The translations under genes and the position numbers were made by a program. This document shows positions 41,822 to 55,490 of a DNA stretch of 64,000 bases, piece by piece. How positions within the stretch are numbered: the first letter of the stretch is position 1; each line of letters begins with the position of its first letter. The stretch comes from Octopus vulgaris (taxonomy: Eukaryota), in contig OX597819.1 of assembly GCA_951406725.2 (NCBI GenBank), positions 21,514,001-21,578,000 on the forward strand. The letters are read 5' to 3'. The notes under the pieces were generated by a model. The model did not search any database, was not told where the DNA came from, and saw only the letters and a list, made by a program, of their open reading frames with translations.

Positions 41822-44405
41822 ATTTTTTTTTATTTATTTATTTTTATTTTTATTTTATCTAGTTTCAGCCCACAAGCTGTGGCCATGCTGGGGCACCGCC
41901 ATTTGGTGTTGCTACATGATTTTACTTCACGAATGCTTTTTAACAACTGCCATTTGGTGCATGAGAGAGTCCGATGCAGCTGCCCTCATCTGCACCTCCT
42001 GCCGTGAAGTTGGTTCATCTGGGACACCTGACAAGAAGAGATCCAGTTTTATTTTAAAGACATCTGCATCCACCCCATGCAGGTCTCTTAGGTTCTTCGG
42101 GAGGATATTGAAGAACTCTGGGCCTCGGAAGCCCAGGCTATCAGAGTATCTCGTCTTACATCTTGATGGCAAATTTGGAGTCATTGGCACTATGCAGTGG
42201 CGCCAAGTTCTGGCATTTGTGTAACTCTCGATGTCAAAGTTTGGGACACGTCCTTCTAGGATCTTCCAGATGTATATTATGGCATATCTTTCTCGCCTAC
42301 GCTTTAAGGAATAGAGTTTTAATCTCTTGAGTCTTTCCCAGTAGCTTATATGCTGCACAGAGGCTATCTTCTTCGTGTAGCTTCGTTGGATCGCTTCAAG
42401 TTATGTGATTAACTTGACACTGGATGGTGACTATAGCTGAGAGCAATAGTCAAAGTGGCTTAGGACAAGTGTCCTCCAGAGGACCATCATGGATTCCTGG
42501 TCTCTTGTTCTAAAGGTTATAAGAATCCATCTGGTCAGCCGCCTACATTTCATTGCCAATTTAGCAACATGCACATGAAAGTTTGCGTCATCACTCATGT
42601 AAATACCCAAGTCTCGCACTGATTGTGCCTCTGGGATTGCAATCCCTCCAGGTCCAGTGTATTCATTGGGTATTGCATTTAGTTTTGCATGCTGATAGCA
42701 TAAAGCTTGAAACTTTTCAGCATTGAACAGCATGCTATTCTTTTCAGCCCACTTGTTTATTTTGTCCAACTCACATTGCAGGTGCTTAGTGTCATCAGGG
42801 TTCTGTATTGCCTGTGAAACTTTTGTATCATCTGCATAACTTGTGATCGTGGCTCTCTGCGTGACTGAGGGCATGTCTGAGAGGGCCATTATGAACAGTA
42901 GTGGTCCCAAAACTGTGCCCTGCGGAACACCGCTCACTATTTGCGTGTTAATGGAAGTGGCCCCATTGGCTACTACCACCTGACTTCTATCCTTCAGAAA
43001 GTCATGAAGCCATTCTCTCAATTTTCCAACTATGCCAAGATCACACAGTTTGTGACATATCATTCCATGATCGACTTTATCAAAGGCCTTTGCAAAGTCG
43101 AGATATATCACTTCGACATTTGAGTGGTTGAGCAGTCGTTTCAGAACCCAGTCATAGTGTTGTAGGAGCTGAGTTAAGCAGCTTCTTCCTGGTTGGAAAC
43201 CATGTTGGGTGTCAAGCAGTAAGTCATTTTCTTCAAGGAAGGTGATTAGTTTCCTTCTGACTATTCGTTCCATGACCTTGCTGATGTGTGAGGTCAGAGA
43301 GATAGGTCTGTAGTTCTTGGCCTCCGCTTTGCTACCTCCTTTATGAAAAGGGCATATTTTACCTTCCTTCAGTTTTCTTGGACGTTTGCCAGTTGCAAGG
43401 AAGCTCTGAAAGAGGAACTGCAGTGGTCTTGCTAGGACTCTCTTACATACTTTTAGAAGGATTGCTGGGAATCCATCGGGGCCAGTAGCTGAGTTTGTTT
43501 TCACTTCATGTATAGCCTTTATTACATCGTCTTCCTTTATATTGATGTAATCAATCATCGCTGCCTCTGATTTTATATCTGCAGTGGTAAAGAAGTCAGT
43601 TGAATTACTGATTTGAAAATGCCCTAGGGGTGAAAATACTCTTGAATTGCTCATTTAGTATTTCACTTATCCTCATTGGATTTCCTGTGAGTGTGCCATC
43701 CTTTTCAAGGAGTAGCCCTATCCTACAGTGCACCGTAGCTGTTTCTTTGGCACACCTCTAGAAAGCTCTGGGGTTAGATTTTATGTTGTCTATAGCCCAG
43801 GCTTCTTTGTCTCCTCTTTCTTTTTCATGGGAGAGTTGCAGACATTTTTCAATTTCCAACAGTTTTATTTTCAGGCGGGACTTTTCACTGCTTTCAATTT
43901 GTTTGTTTAGGCAATTTGAAACCTTTGTACGCCGTCTCATTAGAATTTTCCTCTCTCTGGGGATTTTGTTCTTGTGTACAGTGGCCTTTCTCTCTGGGAC
44001 ATATTTGTATCATATGGCTTGCATTACAGACATGAATTGTTGAAGTTTCATGTCGATGTCTGGCGAGGAGAGACATTCAGGCCAGTTTTGTTTGAGGATC
44101 TCTTTCTCATTTTGTTTCCAGTTTGCCTTATGGAAGTTCAAGCTGGAAAGATTCTAAGAGTTTCTTGTAGGCTGCATGTCCATGCTTTCTTTTGGCCCGT
44201 ACATGGTCAGCTCTACCATGTTGTGATCCGAGAGTAGTGTCGGTGTCACTTTCACATTATGGATGAGATCCATATTATTAGTGAAGCAGAGATCCAGTAT
44301 GTTACCTGCCCTGGTTGGTTGGAGTATTACTTGCTCCATGTACAGAGTGTTGATGAGGTTCAGGAGGGACCTCGCCTGTCCTCGTTCACATCGTGTCATT
44401 CCTGG

Positions 44406-44407
<2 letters not shown>
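41822..44407 (-). mobile_element. 5'-truncated CR1/L2-group LINE (end of endonuclease, RT, 3' tail)
   Basis: LQPTRAGNILDLCFTNN (EN end), RT ORF, C-terminal ISYWERLKRLKLYSLKRRRER; tail ggcggtgccccagcatggccacag...gctgaaac followed by an A-rich repeat. Confidence 0.92.
42431..43654 (-). pseudogene. Non-LTR reverse transcriptase domain (disrupted ORF2)
   Basis: NYRPISLTS, QHGF, YLDFAKAFDKVDH, SGVPQGTVLGPLLF, YADDTK; flanked by stops and frameshifts. Confidence 0.92.
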
Positions 44408-44453
<46 letters not shown>

Positions 44454-46011
44454 GCGCATGTGTGTGTGTATGTGTATATTTATAACGGTTGTTACCTGCC
44501 AAATGTGTAAAACGTTTTGACATAAAGCTAATATTTGGAACGTGTTAAATAAAGGATTTTTTAAAAGTAAAATTACAGCCGCCAAGTTTTATACATACGA
44601 CATTAAATTTTAACGATATATATGGCAGCAGAGGAGACAACCCAAAAATGAAATTCGAATTTTATCCGGGGGGCGGGGCACAAAGTGAGCATTTGTTGCT
44701 AAGTACAGTGTCAATTGCTGTCATATTTCGATTTTATCAAACCTCATTTGAGGAATATAGAGGAATATAGCTTGAATTTTCCTAATATATTCTAGAATTA
44801 CTGAGAAAATGAAGACTTTAGTGATGGAAACGTTACACTAATGAGACAGCTTAAAATAATGCTATGTATTAACCTTGTGTTTTATATTTGCATGAAAGAA
44901 TATTTTTTAATGATTTAACTTAATTGATTAAATGTGTTGCCCGATATCTAAAATATCGTTCTTCCTTTTCTTCGCTGTTCTTTACCGCTTTCTCGCCATT
45001 TTTCATAAACATCTTAATAATATTCTTTATCATAGTTATCATCGTCGTCATCGCCACCACACTGACGTTATCATCATCATCATCATCACTGCAATTATTT
45101 TCGTCCTAATAATCAGCATCGCAATCACCACTCTAGTCATTAGTCATTATTATAACCATCACCATCATCTTCGTCGTTCATTGTCATCATCATCATCATC
45201 ATCATCATAATCGTCTTCATCATTACATTTCAGTGTTAGTCTCATTTAAATCAACATCTAATTTATTTCTCGTCGCTAAGCAACGAAATTGAAATTCTAA
45301 TTGTGTGTAGTGTCTAATGTACACTGGAGTCGCACATTCACGCAGTTGTAAACTCTTGTCATTTTACACTTAGCAGCCATTATTGACGTTGGAATGAATG
45401 TCACAACCTATTAAGGAACTCGGAAAATATTAAACCTGCGGCCCTCTTTCCTCTCGTTTGACTTGTTATGAATAGCGGCCGAACCTGCTTCACACCAGAT
45501 TTTGCTTCTATGAAAATCGTTTGAATGATCTAATCGTAGAGGCATATTGCTTGAATTAATATTGCAAAAAAATATTAACTACATTGAGCACAGGTCAGTT
45601 AAATCAACTCTAAACTTGGGAAAGTATGGCGTGTAGATTAAATATTGTAGTAAAGGATCACCTAAGTTCAACCATTTTACTCTGCGGAAAAAATAATATT
45701 CATATGGAGTATAAATCGCTTTGGCGCCGACTTATTTGACATCAGTCGTTCTATTGTTTACCTCGTATTAATGTTTCTCTTTTACTCTGCCTCTCTTACT
45801 CTTTCTCTCTGTAACATTCTCTCAGTTTCCTCCTCCTCCTGTGTCTCTCTGCGCGTGTCTTCAGGGTATATACGACATATCCTGATCACCCACACGCACA
45901 GATATCCTGGATATATAATGCGTATGAGGAGATGGAAAGTGTCTCTGTCAATGATGTTCAATTACTAAATTGTAACGTGTCTCTCTCCCACACTTTCTCA
46001 CTAATTTCATC

Positions 46012-46048
<37 letters not shown>

Positions 46049-47286
46049 GCGCGCGCTGGTGTGGTGCGTTTATGTGCATGAACGGGCGTGCTTTCGTATA
46101 TGTGTGTGGGTGGGGGTTATGTGTGTAAGCCTGCGTGGCGAATATGTAGTGTTGGCAAGGCATGTTGAATGTCCAGTCAGCGGAGCCAAATCATCAACGC
46201 CGAAATAGCTGCGCCCTATCTTCCCATTTCGGTTGACACGTTATCGATAGCTATTGATAGCGTGAGAAATGTCCAAAAACAGACGGAGATATCATATGCT
46301 GTTATACGCATTAAGAATCAGAATTATTTATACTTATCTGTGGTTACATACATAATTCAACAAGCAAGCTGTAAAACTTCTAACGAAGGACCCTTTCCAG
46401 GGGTCACTCAATCGGCCACAAAAACAAGAGAAATCCCCTGCAAATGAAAACTTACGTGGATGCAACGTATGATGTACTTTATGAGAATTTTGATTTCGTA
46501 AATTGCAAAGTTGAGATTAATGGCCACATTTAAGGAGATACAATAATCGGAAAGACAATCAAGGGGAGTTCTTTTTAAATAGCAATTACTTCATAGCGTG
46601 TATTATACCTTACTGACCAAGATCTTCTGTGATACTCTAGATGTAGTAAAATCTCGTTCTTTACATAATAACACTTTTAGCGATTGGTGTATGAAATTTT
46701 CCTTTGTCTAATTACGTATATCCGGCTTTATACCAAATAATTATCTTCTCTACATTATCATACGAAGTGTTTGCAATGCTGTTAGCTCATTGACTCAGTA
46801 AATCAATTATCTTTTTTATTAGTCTTTCTAAAGAATTTTATTATTAAATGTTACTCAGTAATAGAATAACATAAAATTGCATGTAATAACAGAAACGAGA
46901 AACTGTAGGCAGAAATATTTATTGTAGTCTCGAACATTTAGCAAAACACATAAAGCGCTTATAACGAACGAGAACTGTTAAGATAACCGCTTCTAATACT
47001 AAATGAAAGTTAATAAGCTCAGCTAAATCGGATTAGTTTGGAATTTCTAAAAATTGATGCTACTCAGAAGCATTTTATTGGCACAAAGAAAATAATCAAG
47101 AAGTTTCATAGTCATTTCGTTTTGTGTCTACTCATAGGAAAGTAGGAGTTCAAAGAAACACCTCAATTATTTCTGGCCTTCCAATACAATACGATACTGT
47201 TTGTAAATAGTCGTTGAAAAATTAGATCCGCGTAAAAGTAGAAATGAGAGATGTGAACTATGCACAAAGGGAAAAAGAAAAACTTC

Positions 47287-47696
47287 GGATCTTTTCGGTT
47301 TGAACGGCAGTTTTAACATAATTTCTAGGTAACTAAAAACTTTTAAACTTCGTATACTGGTAGAATGTGTTTATATAACATCTTTTTCTCTTGTCTTTAT
47401 TGAGAAAATTCTATAGTTTGTAGATATTTGTTGTTTTTTTTTCTTCAATTTCTGCAATTTCAATCAATCACTGACGTCTATTGAGGTAAAAAAACATTCT
47501 GTGTCGTATGATATGTCCCTCGTTTATGAAACAGATTGGGTTTATTTACATTTGTGGAGAAAAAAAGATACCCTTCCTCCCACCCCTAACCCTAAAACAG
47601 ATTGGAATGCAATAGATCGATACTAGGGTCATAATTATGGGTGACAATTTCATATGACACCGCTAGAAAAAACTGCCGTTCAAACCGAAAAGGTCC
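47287..47696. mobile_element. Non-autonomous DNA transposon (MITE) with 28-bp TIRs
   Basis: ggatcttttcggtttgaacggcagtttt / aaaactgccgttcaaaccgaaaaggtcc; possible decayed 8-bp TSD aaaacttc/caaacgtc. Confidence 0.85.
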
Positions 47697-47805
47697 CAAA
47701 CGTCTGATATGAAGAATAACTCATAAACATGATGTTCTTACAGAGGCCAGATCATGTCATGTACATCAAATCCTCTACATGTATTCTGGGTTCTCATTCC
47801 TAAGG

Positions 47806-47846
47806 CACCTGATGAAGGATGGAGGGTTTATCAGCCGAAAAGTTGA
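47806..47846 (+). ncRNA. Degenerate hammerhead, same family as 28155-28196
   Basis: cac-CUGAUGA-aggauggaggguuuaucagcc-GAAA-aguu; downstream 47847-47910 matches 28926-28993; stems II/III mutated and 3' stem I deleted. Confidence 0.6.
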
Positions 47847-48414
47847 TGAGGACAAATATACGTCAATTGTGAATAATGTATATAATTCCTCATCTCTTAA
47901 ATATAGAACTGAAATATAGTACAGTTCAAATGGTAGAACTCGTTTATATTTAAATTATCTGAATTGATTCGTAACTAAGGTGAAGGCAGTTTGCAGTTTT
48001 CTTTTCTCTTTATCAAGGAAATAGCAATAAAATTATTAATGAGTGCGGCTATATATATATATATTTACAGAAGTCAAATACTATTCGTACTTCACCAAAT
48101 CTTCTTGAAGTTGGCCGCACAGCCTCCCGTACTAGTGTGCTAAAAGGTGGTCCTTCTTTGATGATTTTATAACCGAGCACTGACTGTGATCGCTCCAATT
48201 TCCTTTATTTTCTTACAGAGTATACATATAACCGGTCAACTAGTAGTTATGCATCAAGGAGGAATAGAGATCAGTAATCCAATTTTTCTGATCTTAACGT
48301 GTATCAGGGGCAGAAATTTATTGCAGGCTGTCAATATAATATGGGGACAGTGCCCTACTGCGTAGACGTGTGTATGAGTAGGTCAAGAAGTTTAAAAATT
48401 GTGAAACACGAAGA

Positions 48415-48935
48415 AAGAGCAAGACACATATCAACGTCAAATTGACACTGGGGTAAAACATACGAAGCCCACCGTCTGATAAGGGTACACTAGGTATATG
48501 CATCACAACCATATGTGCGCACTTGGTGATCTCATATCAAGATTAACAGCGCAGCGCCTTGCAGGTGTGGCCCAGTTACAATATTCTTCAAGTCGAGTAG
48601 CCCATCTCGCTCAAAAGGTCCCTAAATAAAGATTGTTTAAGGATGCTGAACGAAACACCCATGATTCCAGAGGTGAATTATCCAAACTCAAAAGAATTCC
48701 TTTCAGCACATGGTTATGAGGATCCCCCACTACTTCTGCTCGTGATCAGAGATGCACATATCGTCAGCCACTAAGGGACATGCTCAACTGCTCAAGCAAC
48801 TGACAAGCAAATCTGTGATATTGAGCAGAATATTTACTGTAGGCCATCTTTTATACCAAGACAAATCAATGTACATGATAACAATTTCAATCAATTAAGA
48901 TCAGAAGCCAAGCCTAGTAATGCATCAGAGCATTA
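48415..48935. mobile_element. Second copy of the unclassified 550-bp (TTA)n-associated repeat
   Basis: Colinear with 28291-28837. Confidence 0.85.
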
Positions 48936-48984
48936 ATTATTATTATCATTATTATCGTTATTATCATTATTATTATTATTAATA

Positions 48985-49330
48985 TTATTACTATATCGCA
49001 TCACCGGCTACACTTCCGTGTTGCTGGGGTGTGTGGAGCCTTGTGTGTGTTTTTCTGCCATTGGGTTTGTGCGAACTGATCCCGGTGCTGTATTGTGTTA
49101 GCTTTTATCCCTTGAGATGTGCTGCTGTCTTGTGTTGTGTTACAGCGTGTATTGTGCGTTGAGTGTGCAATGCGCTGTTTTTCTGCTTTGCTGGTGGAAT
49201 TCATTTCACTGGAGAATTGTTGTATCATGTCTTGCTTTCGTGGGTTTTCTTTGTTTAAGTTTTATTATTGAATTGATAGTGTCTTGCGTAGGACTAATTT
49301 CTGGATATAGTGTGTAGTGTTGAGGATCTA
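48985..49330 (-). mobile_element. Possible 3' end of an RLE-type LINE with (TAA)n tail
   Basis: Minus-strand YIQKLVLRKTLSIQ** followed by a CA-rich UTR and (TAA)n. Confidence 0.35.
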
Positions 49331-49492
49331 GGTAGAGTTTCTACGTTTTTGTTCATATATTTTTAATCATACCCAATTCTCCAATTATCATTGGTATTGT
49401 TTTCACCATCATGCTTCACATCTACAAAACTTCAATTGTGAGGTCTTTGTACTTTGACAAGTTTCCACTTCATTTGGACTATATTTTGATGT

Positions 49493-49985
49493 TAGAAACG
49501 TTAGCACACAGGGCGAAGTGCTTAGAGGTATTTCGTCTATCTTTACGTAGGGATGCGAGCTGGCAGAATCGTTAGCACGACGGGCCAAATGCTCAGCGGT
49601 ATTTCGTCTGCCGTTACGTTGTGAGGTCAAATTCCGCCGAGGTCGGCTTTGCCTTTCATCCTTTCGGGGTCGATTAAATAAGTACCAGTTACGCACTGGA
49701 GTCGATATAATCGACTTAATCCGTTTGTCTGTCCTTGTTTGTTTGTCCTCTCTGTGTTTAGCCCCTAGTGGGTAGTAAAGAAATAGGTATTTCCTCTGCC
49801 GTTACGTTCTGAGTTCAAATTCCTCCGAGGTTGGCTTTGCCTTTCATCCTTTCGAGGTCGATTAAATAAGTACCAGTTACGCACTGGGGTCGATGTAATC
49901 GACTAAATTCCTTTGTCTGTCCTTGCTTGTCCACTCTATGTTTAGCCCCTTGTGGATAGTAAAGAAATAGGTATTTCGTCTGTTT
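49493..49985 (+). mobile_element. SINE family B, tandem units preceded by a partial head
   Basis: gcgagctggcagaatcgttagcac... with two full ~185-bp units. Confidence 0.88.
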
Positions 49986-50468
49986 TAATTTTAATTTTAT
50001 ATTAAATATATATTAATAACTAAAGAAGACTGGTGGGAATATTATCTGCATGGACTTCAAGGGTAAGTTTACTATTTAGTTAGATAATTTAGGAGTTAGT
50101 TATAGGTTTACTTATTGAATTATTAATTTACCTATACTGTTATTGTACAAAGGATAAGTGCGGTTTCTTTGTTGTAGTTTAATTAATACTTTTAGTCTTT
50201 AATCCTCCCTAGAATAAAGATTGAATGAATGTGATGATATCTATGGCATGCTTGTTCCCAAACAACATTTATTTTAGTGTTGTTGACGTCGCTGGATTGA
50301 ATGGTGCTGCCCAGGTGCTGAAACCATAGTGATATCCGTGGGGCAGCTGATGATGGAGGTGTGTTGGATTGTTGGTGTGACTGTTATTGTATGTGCGGAA
50401 TAGATTTATGAGACAGCCATATGATATATATGTGTATGTGCGTACGACAGTGTTTGTCCGCATGTGTA

Positions 50469-50504
<36 letters not shown>

Positions 50505-50543
50505 CTATGTATATAAATATATAGGCGCATGTAAGCATATATG

Positions 50544-50615
<72 letters not shown>

Positions 50616-50917
50616 TAGCTTGCGATGTACACCTAACTTAGATATGTACCACTTCCGAGGTTCCGCTCGCTTTGAAACATAATGTAGCCCGGATCTTATC
50701 TACTCAATTCTTTGACTCTTGTATTCTTATTCGCATACCCGGGAAACAAGGGTGCCTACCGTGAAATATAAAAAAAAGACCTTTCTTTCAATTGATCGTA
50801 TATCGATAAGAGGAAATCCACAACATTCCGCTTCAATAAACGACTATTGTTCCTGAAATTTGTTTTTATATTTACTACTTGAAGCTAACTTTCTTCCTTC
50901 CCGTCTATCCTTGGATC

Positions 50918-50923
<6 letters not shown>

Positions 50924-50982
<59 letters not shown>

Positions 50983-51395
50983 GTGTGTGTGTGTTTGTAT
51001 ATATACATATATATATACACATATATGTACGTATATATGTATATATACATATACACATATATGTGTATATATATATATATACATATATATATATACACAT
51101 ATATGTGCATATATATGTATATATACATAAATATGTGTATATATATATGTATATATGCATATATATATTTATGCACATATATATATGTGTATATATATAT
51201 ATGTATATATACATATATATACATACACATATGTGTATATATATATATATACGTATATATATATATACACATATATATATATATACACACATATGTGCAT
51301 ATATATATACGTATATACATATATATATATATACACACATATATAAATATCTACATAGATATATATATATATACTTACATATATGTATGTGTGTC
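50924..51395. repeat. Compound (TA)n microsatellite
   Basis: Direct reading. Confidence 0.9.
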
Positions 51396-51759
51396 TATGC
51401 AGAGAGAGAAAGGCCCAAAGAGAGAGCCACCTGGGAGAGAGAGAGAGAGGAAAAGGGAAAGAGTTAGAAAATATAGATATATGTATATAATAAGCATGTA
51501 TGCCTATGTGTACTTTTGTATGCATGTATGTATGTATGTATGTCTGAGCATGTATGAATGTATATGAGAGCCAATGTGTCTAACCCAGTTCATATGTAAA
51601 AAATAATGACAGGTAAAAACCATGAGCGAATCAAATACTTTACATGGTGCACAGACACATATACACAGATGCGTATACTTAAACACACTTGCATACATGC
51701 ATATATATATATATATACACACACATATATATTTTTTTTTTCTCACAACGTATGTGTAC

Positions 51760-51823
<64 letters not shown>

Positions 51824-51994
51824 GGAGCGCAGTAAAGCTGTTCTGTGCAATAAAACATAACCAGCTGACCACTTTTATGGAGAAACAACGGATCGATTTT
51901 GGCATAAAATACTAACAAAATGATTTAGTGACCAAAGTGTTTAGCTGAAATTAGATTTCTAGTACGGCCCATATTACAACTTTTTTTCTGTAGT

Positions 51995-52842
51995 ACACCA
52001 TCACTACCACCACCAACAAAAACATCAATAACAGCAACAACAATAACCACCACATGACAACAACCACTCGCATCACCATCATCATTATAATTGCTACCAC
52101 CAAAACCAACATCACTAATAACAACAACATTGCCACTATCACCACCATCACAACGGGCATTGCCATGAGTAACACCACCAGCATCATCATCACCATTACC
52201 ACCATCATCACATTACTTCCATCAACTTCACCGCCCTCACACCTTGTTGCACAACCATTATCATCATCATCATCAGCAGCAGCAGCAGCAATAATGTTTC
52301 AATTACCGGAAATAGTTAAAACACCGAGATCGCCACCAACACCACCACCGCCGCCACCGGCAATAACAGTCGAAATAACAACAGCAAAATACCCGAAACA
52401 CCACCTCTACAACCACTGGTGGCACTAAAACCAGCACAGCCACCAACACTATCACTATCACTAATAAAACCATCATTCCAGCCCAATGATAACCATTACA
52501 GATAAATACCACCAACGTCTCCGTCACATCACATATTCGACACCGCCACCAATAACACCATTACTACCATCATCATCATCATCATCATCATAAATATCAC
52601 TCCCAATATCAGCGAAACATTTATGACAATTATCACAGCTATCTTTAAAACTACCGCAACAGGCAAGGCAAACAGCTCCGCCACCACCACCACCACCACC
52701 ACCACCACCATCAACAGTGCCAACGTCACCACTAACACCGACACTATCTGCACTTGTAGCGCTTATAACATGATGACCACCACTACAGCCACCAATAACA
52801 CTATGGTCACCTCCACAACCACCCAAATGACCACCACAAACT
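51995..52842. repeat. Degenerate (CAC/CAT/CAA)n region
   Basis: Direct reading. Confidence 0.8.
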
Positions 52843-53405
52843 TTAGTCGTCGGCTCCAGTTCGTATCCGAGCATTGGGTTCGTCAGTTTCCATCCAGTCT
52901 CCTTATCTGATGTTTGTGCCGAAAGTGACTTTGAAGTCCAAGTCGGTGGTGAAAGAGTCGTGGGCATAATTCGCATGGGATGGTCGGTGAAGATCGAAGA
53001 TGTTGAAGACGCTCATTTCTTCTGCGTTTTACCTCCTTGTTCTGTTGTCTGTTCTGCTCGAAGGATCTGGTTCCATTGCGAAGAACAGTCTTCCAAGCTG
53101 CCCAATACATAGTAATTTGTTCTCATGAGGACGGCTGGATGTTAGCTTGAGCCATGGTTGTTTGAGATGGTCTTTGAAATGGAATTTCGGACCTCCTCTG
53201 GCTCTTGTTCTGATTGCAAGTTCCCCGTAGATCATAATCCTTGGGAGACGAGAGGGCTCCGTACGCTGGACGTAACCTGCCCAGCGGAGACGATGCCGAA
53301 GAATGGTGGCTTCGACATTTGGTAGTGAGGCGTGGCGAAGAACCACGTTGTTGCTAACGGGATCTCCTCATTGTGTGTTGAGGATCTGTCATATTGTAAA
53401 CCAGC
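52843..53405 (-). mobile_element. RTE-clade LINE 3' fragment (RT C-terminus and C2H2 finger)
   Basis: LRHRLRWAGYVQRTEPSRLPRIMIYGEL...R.RGGPK..FKD.LK; CELCPRLFHHRLGLQSHFRHKH. Confidence 0.88.
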
Positions 53406-53489
53406 GAAACTCTGCAAAGTCGATCGATTTGCTAGAAATATCAGCTTAAAAGCATCGAAATCACACCTTATGATATTAATAAAAAGAAT

Positions 53490-53705
53490 AATAGTTTCAG
53501 CTTTTGATATAAGACCAGCAATTTTAGGAAAAGCGGCTAGTCGATTAAACACCCCAGCCTTGTATTTAACTGGTATTTATTTTATCCACCCCGAAAGGAT
53601 GTAAGTACAGTCGGCCTCTGTGGAATTTGAACTCAGAACATAAAGAGCCGGAAGACATGCTGCTAAGAATATTGCAAAGCTCTTTAGCAATTCAGCCAGC
53701 TCGAA
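53490..53705 (-). mobile_element. SINE family B, diverged copy
   Basis: aactggtatttattttatccaccccgaaaggatg...ggaatttgaactcagaac...gccagctcg. Confidence 0.75.
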
Positions 53706-54679
53706 TCTGATTATGAAAACGATACTGTTAACCTATATGCACTATGCTTGAAAAGAGAGGTAGGATACTCACGGCTGGAATGTCCGTCAGAGATATTTCC
53801 CGATACAATAACCACCACAACATCACCTACAATGACGCCAATATAAACACCGACGCCATCACCACTACCACCAATACTTCAAACACAACTACCTACAACA
53901 CCACAACCATGCTACCATTATCAACATCAGTAACACCACTACAAACAACACCACAAACAGCACTACATACAACACTGCAAACATGACCAAGTCAAACGCC
54001 TCTAGCACCACAACCATCGTATGACATACAACACCCAAAACCAAGGAACCACTCTACAAACGCTAATACCACAATCCACATCCAGCAAAGCACTAAATAA
54101 CCACAAAGATTACAACCGTCAAGACCGCAAAAAAAAAAAAACCTACAACACTACCATCACTTCCATCATCAACACCAACACGAACACCATCACTAGTAAC
54201 AGCAACAATAACAAAAAAAAAACACCTGAAAGATTTTGGCTACCACCATCACCGACATCAGTTATGCTCAGGGACATATTTATTTATAGAGAGTAAAAGA
54301 AACTTTACTATTGAATTCATATAAAGTGGGCGTGTCCAAATCTGAGGTGAACACGTGGGTGGAATTGTATGCTGAGGCTTTTTAGGATGGTTTTGGTGGA
54401 CGGTGGAAAGGAAGAATGGACATTTAATGATAAAACAAAAATAGTACATCGTATTTTTGTAGGGCGACTGAAGGTTGCTGATGGTTCGATCTAATAAATC
54501 ACACATGAAAAAAAAAAGGAAAAAAGAGAAAAGGAGGATAAGAAGAAGACGAAGAAGAAGAAGGCTAGTAGTTGTAGTAGTAGCAGTAGTAGAAAGCTTG
54601 TATTTATTTATTTCTATTTGCTCCCGACAAAAGTCTGGTAAAATGCAGAACAGGGTCAATAGTGAGGTTGGGGGGGGGA

Positions 54680-54733
54680 GAAGAAGAAGAAGAAGAAGAA
54701 GAAGAAGAAGAAGAAGAAGAAGAAGAAGAAGAA
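54680..54733. repeat. (GAA)n microsatellite
   Basis: Direct reading. Confidence 0.95.
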
Positions 54734-54896
54734 TTCTTAGAACACACAAAAATGTTTGTATTGCATGCATATGTATGTGTGTTCGTGTTTGTGTGTGCGT
54801 ATATATGTGTATATTTAAATATACCTGTATTCAAATGTATATATACATTATATACACATACAGATGCATACACGCGTGCACAGAAACACGCATATA

Positions 54897-54935
<39 letters not shown>

Positions 54936-55449
54936 CACACAGAAGTGTGTGTGTGTGTGCATGTATATATGCATGGTAAGAGAGAGTTGAAAGATATAGA
55001 AGAAAAAGAGAGAATAGAAGAGAGTAGTGCGTGCAGTTTATTGCAGTTCAAGTGAACTAGAGTAATCTGATAGGGCGAGGGGAAAGAAGTGAAGGAGGAG
55101 GAGGAGGAGACAGATGAGGAAAGAATATTCCTTGAAGAAATTGCAGGGAGGAAACTAACTGCAAAAGTGCAGACAAACAAATCACTAATGTTCTTAAACC
55201 GAATGAGACTTACTTCCGACGTGGGGGTCACGCCCTTGACGTAAACGAATTAGATGCTCGCCATTTTATAACGATTTCTTACTCTCTTAGACTGGCTTTC
55301 AAATATTTAACAATGTTTCTTTGGTCTTCTTTTGGTATTTTCAATATACAGTTATCTGTGCACTTTGGGAATATAACTCAACCCTTGATCTCGTTATTTG
55401 GTATTTATTAAAAACATTTGGTTGTTCTATATATTTTAGCTGATACATA

Positions 55450-55490
<41 letters not shown>

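Noticed and set aside
50300-50360. GAAAC...CTGATGA as a type II hammerhead
   Set aside because: Cleavage triplet would be GUG and stems I/II do not pair; only a simple gctgccc/gggcagc hairpin
51951-52976. T/V/G/D-rich ORFs resembling mucin or membrane proteins
   Set aside because: Degenerate trinucleotide repeats open on both strands
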